64,000 bases of DNA, taken from Spirochaetia bacterium (lineage in GTDB: Bacteria > Spirochaetota > Spirochaetia > SZUA-6 > Bin103). The notes under the pieces were generated by a model. That model did not search any database. It had not been told where the DNA came from and saw only the letters and a program-made list of their open reading frames with translations. Shown here one piece after another: positions 57,914-64,000 of the stretch. The translations under genes were made by a program, and so were the position numbers. The stretch is from assembly GCA_965203905.1 (NCBI GenBank), contig CBDBDQ010000005.1, positions 7,424,001 through 7,488,000 on the forward strand, in the 5' to 3' direction. The stretch's first letter is position 1, and each line of letters begins with the position of its first letter.

Positions 57914-58660
57914 CTATCTCGCCTGGGTCTCGGCCCGTACGCGTGTGATGTAGGGCGCGTAGATTGCCAGTTTTTCCTGCAGCAGGTTGGTCACACCGCG
58001 GCCGGTTATGCTGGCGCCGCTGATGCCGTCCACCGCGTAGGTGTGATCGGCGGCGTTGGAGAATACGTCCGCCACCTTGCCCTTGACGACCTGGATCGAA
58101 CGCAGCGCACTGCCGTCGAAGATGCGCTTGCCCACGAAGTTGTCCTGAAACCAGGCCTGTTCGATCTCAGCGCCGAGTCCGGCGGTCTCGCCGTGCTTGT
58201 AGAAGGTGATGCCTTTCACGGTGTCCAGATCGTCCTCCAGCGCCAGGTAGCCGTACAGGGTGGACCACAGCCCCTGGCCGTACACGGGGATGGCGTAGAC
58301 GCTTGCCTTGCCCCCCTCGGTGACCACGAATACCGGCAGTCGCCAAGCGGCCGGGTCGGGGTTCTCCAGCTCTTCCTCCAGGTCCACCCCGTCCGCGCTG
58401 GAGCCGGGAATCACCTTGCCCTCGTGATCCACCAGGAAACTCTCCACCGAGTCGTCGTAGAGCTGGTTGATCTCCTCCGGCTCCAGCTTCTGTTCGCGCT
58501 CCATCAGGCCGACCGCCTTGAGGATGTTCTCGCGTATGTTGCGCTGCTCGTTGGCCTGCTGCGGCTCGCGCAACGAGGTGGCGGCGAAGGAGAGCACGAA
58601 GCCCCAGAACACCGTGATGATCAGCACGAACACCACCGAATAAACTTTGCTGCGATTCAT
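57914..58660 (-). CDS. nqrC: Na+-NQR subunit C
   Basis: N-terminal TM, G.GLW, HGET.GLG, VDGISGASIT. Confidence 0.95.
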   Translation of the reverse strand: MNRSKVYSVVFVLIITVFWGFVLSFAATSLREPQQANEQRNIRENILKAVGLMEREQKLEPEEINQLYDDSVESFLVDHEGKVIPGSSADGVDLEEELENPDPAAWRLPVFVVTEGGKASVYAIPVYGQGLWSTLYGYLALEDDLDTVKGITFYKHGETAGLGAEIEQAWFQDNFVGKRIFDGSALRSIQVVKGKVADVFSNAADHTYAVDGISGASITGRGVTNLLQEKLAIYAPYITRVRAETQAR

Positions 58661-58670
58661 GGCCTTACGC

Positions 58671-59897
58671 TCACTCCGCCACCGGCGCGCCGGCCGGCGT
58701 CGCAACCGGCGCCCGCGCCAGCCGTTTCTTGACGTTGCTGCGCACCACGAAGTGGTCGATCAGCGGGGCGAACATGTTCATGAACAGTATCGCCAGCATC
58801 ACCCCTTCGGGAAACGCCGGGTTGATGATCCGAACCAGGATCGACAGGACGCCGACCAGGAACCCGTAGATCCACTTGCCCATGTCCGTGGCGGCCGCGG
58901 AGACGGGATCGGTGGCCATGTAGGCGAGGCCGAAGGCGAACCCGCCCAGGGTCAGGTGGTAGTGGATCGGCAGTGCCAGGAAGTGGCCCGGGTGGGGCGC
59001 TGCGAGATTGAGGACCGCGGCCATCACCACGCCGCCGATCAGCATCGACAGCATGATGCGCCAGCTCCCTACCCCGGTGATCAGGAGCAGGCCGATACCG
59101 AGCAGAATGGCCAGCGTCGAGGTTTCGCCGATACTGCCGGGGATGAGGCCGATGAAGGAGTTCCACCAGGTTACTCCCTGAGCGGCGAGGACATCGACGA
59201 TCGGCGCCTCGGCCCCCTCCGCGACCACGGCCAGCGGGCTGGCCGACGAATAACCGTCCAGCGCTACCCAGACCCGGTCGCCGGAGATCTGTGCCGGGTA
59301 GGCGAAGAACAGGAAGGCCCGCACCACCAGCGCCGGATTGAAGATGTTCATGCCGGTGCCGCCGAAGATTTCCTTGCCGATGATCACCCCGAAGGTGGTG
59401 GCCACCGCGAGCTGCCACCAGGGGATGGTGGGCGGCACGATCAGCGCGATCAGGAAGCCGGATACCAGAAAGCCCTCGCTCACCTCGTGGCGGCGGATCA
59501 CCGCGAACAGGAACTCCCAGCCCAGCCCCACGGCGTAGGTGACGATCAGGATCGGCAGGAAGCGAATCAGCCCCTGCACCACGGCCTGGATCAAAGTGAA
59601 GTCGACCCCCATGGCGCATGCCTCGGCGCCCGCCGCCATGCATTCCGCCAGCAGGCGCTGGTAGCCGATGTTGAAGATGCCCACCAGGGTGGGGGGAATG
59701 AGGGCGAAGATCACGGTCACCATCATCCGCTTGGAGTCGAAGTCGTCGCGGATGTGAGCGCCCGCCCGGGTACGGTTGGGCAGCACGAAGGCGAGGGTCG
59801 CGAAGGCGTCGTACGCCGGGTACAGGCGCTCCAGCTTGCCTCCCTTCTCGAACAGCGGTTCGACCCGCTCTAACAGCCCCTTCAGCAACTGCTGCAC
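58671..59897 (-). CDS. nqrB: Na+-NQR subunit B
   Basis: HIRD..D.KRMM, KEIFGGTG.N..NPAL, PGSIGETS, MATDPVS. Confidence 0.96.
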   Translation of the reverse strand: MQQLLKGLLERVEPLFEKGGKLERLYPAYDAFATLAFVLPNRTRAGAHIRDDFDSKRMMVTVIFALIPPTLVGIFNIGYQRLLAECMAAGAEACAMGVDFTLIQAVVQGLIRFLPILIVTYAVGLGWEFLFAVIRRHEVSEGFLVSGFLIALIVPPTIPWWQLAVATTFGVIIGKEIFGGTGMNIFNPALVVRAFLFFAYPAQISGDRVWVALDGYSSASPLAVVAEGAEAPIVDVLAAQGVTWWNSFIGLIPGSIGETSTLAILLGIGLLLITGVGSWRIMLSMLIGGVVMAAVLNLAAPHPGHFLALPIHYHLTLGGFAFGLAYMATDPVSAAATDMGKWIYGFLVGVLSILVRIINPAFPEGVMLAILFMNMFAPLIDHFVVRSNVKKRLARAPVATPAGAPVAE

Positions 59898-59933
59898 GTT
59901 ATCCTGCTCCTGTGGCCACGGCCAGCACTCCGG

Positions 59934-61280
59934 CTACGTTTCGCGCTCGATGAAATCGAGGCCGCGGCGGGTAATCTCCTGCCACTCGATCTTCGAAGGG
60001 CAGATGTACTCGCAGAGGGCAATGTCCTCCTCCGCGATCTCGTGAATGCCCAGTCCCTCCATCTCGGGGATGTCTTCGGCGAGGATGCTCTTCATCAGGA
60101 ACTCCGGGTACAGGTCCATCGGCAGCACGTCGCGATAGATCCCGGTGGCGATGAAGGCGCGTTCGCCGCCGTGCAGCCCGGTGTGCTTGTGCACCGGCCG
60201 CGACGGCGCCAGCCAGGAGGAGAGGAAGGTGCGTGAGCGGCTGCCGGCCTTGAACCCCGGCAGCACCCAGCCCATGAGTTCCGGTTCCACCACCTCCGGC
60301 AGCAGGGTGAGCGAGCTGTCGAAGAATCCGAGGAAGCCTGCCGGTGTAATCTGCCTCCCGGTAAGGGGGTTTCCCGAGATGTAACGGGTCGTGGCCGGGT
60401 CCGCCACGTCACCGGTGAGCACGTCTACCTGGGCCCCGTGCACGGTACGCAGGTAGCGCGGGCGCGGCGCCGAGGAGCCGGCCAGCGCGACCGTCACCTG
60501 CGGATCGAGGGTGCCGGTGGCGAACAGTGCGCCGATCATCAGCACCCCCTTGAGGGGACAGGTCCAGACCACGTCGTAGCGCCCGGCGATGGGTGCGAGG
60601 TGATGGATGTGGACGCCGACGTTGCCGGCGGGATGGGGGCCGGCGAAGGTGTGCACCTGAACGTTGGCCGGCGCCAGGTCGGGCAGCGCCGGACCCTCGG
60701 GAGCGACGCCCACGTGCACGGTGCCGGGGGTGAGGGCGGCCAGGGCCGCGATGCCAGCGGCGAAGTGATCCTCGCGGCCGGCCAGCAGCCGCTCCGGCTG
60801 CGCCGCCAGCGGCGCGCTGTCCATGACCGAAACGAAGATGTCGCGCGGCACGTTCTCGGGGCTCGCCAGGCGTGCCAGCGGGCGCTGCACCAGGAACGGA
60901 AACAGTCCGGAGCGCAACAGTGCGGTGAGCACCTCTTCGCGCCCGGCGCCGGGACTGGGCACTGCGAACGACTCGGCGCCGGCGTCGCCGTCGGTGCGGA
61001 TCACCACCTCCTGGATGGCGCGCCGGGCGCCGCGGTTCACGTTCACCACCATGCCGCTGGCGGGCGCGGTGAACTGCACCGTCGGGAAGGTCTTGTCGTG
61101 AAAGATGGGGGTGCCGAGCTTGACGCTGGCGCCTTCCTCCACGTCCATGCGGGCGATCAGGCCATGGAAGTCGCTCGGCTTGACCGCCACCGACGCCGGT
61201 GCCGGTGCGTCCTCCAGTTCCTGGTCGGGCACACCCTCGAGCGGAATGTCGTAGCCGCGCTTCAGCTTAATCGTTGCCAT
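59934..61280 (-). CDS. nqrA: Na+-NQR subunit A
   Basis: IKLKRGYDIPL.G, GPHPAGNVG, HGGERA, EEDIALC.Y.CPSK. Confidence 0.96.
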   Translation of the reverse strand: MATIKLKRGYDIPLEGVPDQELEDAPAPASVAVKPSDFHGLIARMDVEEGASVKLGTPIFHDKTFPTVQFTAPASGMVVNVNRGARRAIQEVVIRTDGDAGAESFAVPSPGAGREEVLTALLRSGLFPFLVQRPLARLASPENVPRDIFVSVMDSAPLAAQPERLLAGREDHFAAGIAALAALTPGTVHVGVAPEGPALPDLAPANVQVHTFAGPHPAGNVGVHIHHLAPIAGRYDVVWTCPLKGVLMIGALFATGTLDPQVTVALAGSSAPRPRYLRTVHGAQVDVLTGDVADPATTRYISGNPLTGRQITPAGFLGFFDSSLTLLPEVVEPELMGWVLPGFKAGSRSRTFLSSWLAPSRPVHKHTGLHGGERAFIATGIYRDVLPMDLYPEFLMKSILAEDIPEMEGLGIHEIAEEDIALCEYICPSKIEWQEITRRGLDFIERET

Positions 61281-61477
61281 TCGGTCTCTCACTCCGGCTC
61301 AGCCGGACGCTGATTCCGCCGTCTGCCGCCCGCACCATCAGCATGCCCCGAGGAGCGCGTGTCGAGAACTCTGCTTGTCGGCGCATGTTGATCAACTTCA
61401 CACGGGTGGTCGACGTTCGACGGGGTTAGCGGTGGATCGTTCCGGCGGCATCTGCGCGCCACATCCCACTGCTGGTT

Positions 61478-61508
61478 AATATATAGGGAATAACGTCGGC
61501 GTGTGCAA
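61478..61508 (-). promoter_or_regulatory. Putative sigma70 promoter of the nqr operon
   Basis: TTGCAC-N17-TATATATT, an AT-rich island in GC-rich DNA. Confidence 0.55.
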
Positions 61509-61574
61509 CCGCCCCTCAGCCCGGAAACGCCGGAATGCCGGAACCAGCGGCTCCGCGCGTCCGGAGGGGCAGGA

Positions 61575-62552
61575 TCAAGCCCGCAGGTGGCCGGCGAGGC
61601 GTTGGACGGCCGCGTCGATCGCCGCCCTTCCCGGCATCGAGGGCTGGGCGCCCGCGTGCTGCACCGAGAGCGCGGCGGCGGCCGTGGCGCGCTGCAGGGC
61701 CGCGTCGGTGGCGGCGCCGGCGGCCAGCGCGGCAGCGAACACACCGCAGAAGCAGTCACCGGCACCGACGGTATCGACCGGGGTTACCGGCAACGCCGGC
61801 TGCCGGTGCAGCTCGGCGGTACCGCCGACGCCGCGGCGTGCCCACAGGCAGCCCTCCGCCCCCAGGGTAACGATCAGGTTGCGCACCGTCCCGTTGGCGC
61901 CCACCAGGGCGCGGGCGGCGGCGGCGATCTCCTGCGGGCCGGCGATCGGCTGCCGCTCGGCGCGCAGCGACGCCAGCTCCAGCTCGTTGACCAGCACGAA
62001 CTCCGCGGCCGAGAGCACGTCCGGCGGCGGAACGGCGGCGGGAGCCGGCGCCAGGTTCCACACCACCCGGGCGCCCGCCGCGTGCCACCTGCGGGCGCAG
62101 GCGAAGGTGGTCGCGGGAGCGATCTCGTTCTGCAGCAGCAGCACTGCCGATGCCGCCCGCGGCGGCGCCACCCGCTCGGCGCCGAACTGCTGATTGGCGC
62201 CGGGTGCCACCACGATCTGATTCTCACCGTGCGCGTCGACCACGATGAGCGCGACTCCCGAGGGATATTCGGGCAGGGTCAGGAGGCCGCCGGCGGCCAC
62301 CCCCGCCTGCTCCAGGCTGGCGCGGCCGGCGCGGCCGAAGGCGTCGTCCCCCACCGCGCCGTAGAACGCGGTGCGCGCCCCGGCACGGGCGGCGGCCACC
62401 GCCTGGTTGGCCCCCTTGCCGCCGGCAAACTGGGAGAAACGCTCGCCGAACAGCGTCTCGCCGCCGGTCGGCAGCCGTTCCACGTAGACCACCAGATCCG
62501 TGTTGATCGATCCCACCACGTAGACACCGGTGGGAGCGCCGCCACCTCTCAC
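61575..62552 (-). CDS. rbsK: Ribokinase (PfkB family)
   Basis: VVGSINTD, GGKGANQAVAAAR, GENQI...GAN, QNEI, VNE.E, DTVGAGDCF. Confidence 0.93.
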   Translation of the reverse strand: MRGGGAPTGVYVVGSINTDLVVYVERLPTGGETLFGERFSQFAGGKGANQAVAAARAGARTAFYGAVGDDAFGRAGRASLEQAGVAAGGLLTLPEYPSGVALIVVDAHGENQIVVAPGANQQFGAERVAPPRAASAVLLLQNEIAPATTFACARRWHAAGARVVWNLAPAPAAVPPPDVLSAAEFVLVNELELASLRAERQPIAGPQEIAAAARALVGANGTVRNLIVTLGAEGCLWARRGVGGTAELHRQPALPVTPVDTVGAGDCFCGVFAAALAAGAATDAALQRATAAAALSVQHAGAQPSMPGRAAIDAAVQRLAGHLRA

Positions 62553-63499
62553 GCCGGCGGCTCCACGCGCAGGTCGTCCTTTTCGCCGTGATAGCGGGTT
62601 ACGATCGCTCCCGGTGCCACGTCACGGGTCACCCAGGCGTTGGCGCCGATGATCGCGCCGCGGCCGAGCCGGGTGCGGCCGAGGATGGTGGCACCGGAGT
62701 AGATGATGACGTCGTCCTCGACGATCGGGTGCCGTGGCACACCCTTGATCGGCTGGCCGTGGGCGTCCAGGGGAAAGCTCTTGGCGCCGAGCGTGGCGCC
62801 CTGGTAGATACGTACGTTGCGGCCGATCTCGCAGGTCTCGCCAACTACCACCCCGGTGCCGTGATCGATGAAGAAGCTCTCGCCGATGGCGGCTCCCGGG
62901 TGGATGTCGATGCCGGTGGTGCCGTGGGCATGCTCGGACATGATGCGGGGAATCAGGGGGATATCGAGCAGATACAGCTCATGGGCAATGCGATGCTGGA
63001 TGATCGCCTGGACCCCGGGGTAGCTGAAGATCACCTCGTCGCGGCTGAGCGCCGCCGGATCGCCGTTGTAGGCGGCCTCCACGTCGAGCAGCACCAGCCG
63101 CTGCAACTCCGGCAGCCGCGCCAGCAGGCGGTTGGTGGCGGCGGCGGAGCGCTCCTCGTTGCGGTGGCGCAGGTGCTCGGGGGTGCCGGCGCCGTCACGG
63201 TCCTGCCAGTGGGCGAACACCAGCCCGCGCAGGATCTGCTCCTGCAGGTGGCGCAGCTTCTCCTCCAGGATGGCGCCGATGTGAAAGCTGAGTCCCTCGG
63301 TCATCTGCACCAGGCCGAAATAGCCGGGAAACAGGGCCGAGCGCAGCCCCTCCAGCACGTCGATCAGCACCGGACGCGAGGGCGGCTCGAAGCCGACGCC
63401 GGCGGCGCGGCGCGCGCTCACCGACGGACTGGCGCAGAGTCGGTCCACGATGTCGCCTATGGAGACGTTCGCGCACCTTGCCTGACCGGCCCCTGCCAT
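62549..63499 (-). CDS. cysE: Serine O-acetyltransferase (CysE/EpsC type)
   Basis: GDPAA, SYPG, HRIAH, TGIDIHPGA.IG..FFIDHGTG, RHP; ATG at 63499 chosen from promoter spacing. Confidence 0.94.
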   Translation of the reverse strand: MAGAGQARCANVSIGDIVDRLCASPSVSARRAAGVGFEPPSRPVLIDVLEGLRSALFPGYFGLVQMTEGLSFHIGAILEEKLRHLQEQILRGLVFAHWQDRDGAGTPEHLRHRNEERSAAATNRLLARLPELQRLVLLDVEAAYNGDPAALSRDEVIFSYPGVQAIIQHRIAHELYLLDIPLIPRIMSEHAHGTTGIDIHPGAAIGESFFIDHGTGVVVGETCEIGRNVRIYQGATLGAKSFPLDAHGQPIKGVPRHPIVEDDVIIYSGATILGRTRLGRGAIIGANAWVTRDVAPGAIVTRYHGEKDDLRVEPPA

Positions 63500-63582
63500 G
63501 CCGGCTGTTGTAGACGAGCACCCGCCGGCGGTCAAGCGGGGGCGGAGATTGGAGGTGGAGATGGATGAGATGGTCGCACGGC

Positions 63583-63613
63583 GATGCGTGATGCTTGATG
63601 CTGGACATCACGC
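63583..63613. promoter_or_regulatory. Candidate TA operator
   Basis: GCGTGATG-N12-CATCACGC inverted repeat; GATGC repeated at 7-bp period (63583, 63590, 63597). Confidence 0.6.
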
Positions 63614-63640
63614 CCGTCTCCCTGGCACGCTGCTGGTCCG

Positions 63641-63865
63641 ATGAGGACCACCCTGAACATCTCCCCCGAAGCGATGGCAAAGGTGCGTCAGCTCGCTCGG
63701 CAGCGGGCCAAGCCTCTGGGCGACATCGTGTCGGAGCTTGTCCTGCAGGCAACGCAGCCGCAGCAGGCACCGGCGGTCAGGAACGGGGTGCCGCTGTTTC
63801 CCGCGCAGCCGGGCGAGCCTCCCGACCTGGCGCTGACCAATCGGTTGCGGGACGCCGAGCCGTGA
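63641..63865 (+). CDS. vapB: VapB-type ribbon-helix-helix antitoxin
   Basis: MRTTLNI......VRQLA......LG.IVSELV...RNGVPLF; GTGA overlap with a PIN gene. Confidence 0.85.
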   Translation: MRTTLNISPEAMAKVRQLARQRAKPLGDIVSELVLQATQPQQAPAVRNGVPLFPAQPGEPPDLALTNRLRDAEP

Positions 63866-64000
63866 GCTACCTGTTGGATGTCAACTTTCTGGTCACGCTG
63901 TTCGATCCCCGGCACGTCAATCATGAACGCGCTCACACCTGGTTCGCCGCGCACGCCGTGCAGCGCTGGGCGACCTGCTCGATCACCGAGAGTGGCTGCG
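63862..64000 (+). CDS. vapC: VapC PIN-domain toxin (5' part, runs off the window)
   Basis: Manual translation: MSYLLDVNFLVTLFDPRHVNHERAHTWF...WATCSITESG. Confidence 0.9.
   Translation, partial: MSYLLDVNFLVTLFDPRHVNHERAHTWFAAHAVQRWATCSITESGC

Noticed and set aside
61289-61765. 158-aa ORF between rbsK and nqrA
   Set aside because: It overlaps rbsK and the nqr promoter region, has biased composition and no recognisable motif.

Overview
A gene-dense, very GC-rich (about 70% by eye) bacterial chromosome segment, most likely from a Spirochaetota genome. The taxon is inferred from a FliG1-type N-terminal domain, a spirochaete-style LysM lipoprotein and the rpmG-tRNA-Trp-secE order. Most genes are housekeeping: rpoB(5')-rplLJAK-nusG-secE-tRNA-Trp-rpmG-tRNA-Thr, rsmD-recG-yggT-hom-dnaE, ligA, argRCBDG with tandem ARG boxes, hisC, hisB, asnS, dinB, an aroD-aroE fusion, nqrABCDEF, ndk, rbsK, cysE, a vapBC pair at the right edge, and four tRNAs. 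The most interesting block (44.8-54 kb) is a rewired nitrogen-assimilation module. It contains a GAF-AAA+-HTH (NifA-type) sigma54 activator, amtB and a glnK lacking Tyr51, glnA, and a GlnE with two GlnD-like ACT domains at its N-terminus and its two nucleotidyltransferase domains apparently in swapped order. Both sigma54 promoters carry paired (C/G)CTAC-N6-GTAGG palindromes. Other oddities: an in-frame hisZ'-'hisG deletion chimera, a stand-alone FliG N-terminal fragment, Ser in place of Thr at both Na+-NQR FMN sites, two genes whose conserved N-termini lack a canonical start codon, two membrane proteins sharing an unnamed winged-helix-like tail, and many apparently leaderless genes. No CRISPR array, rRNA or transposase was seen.
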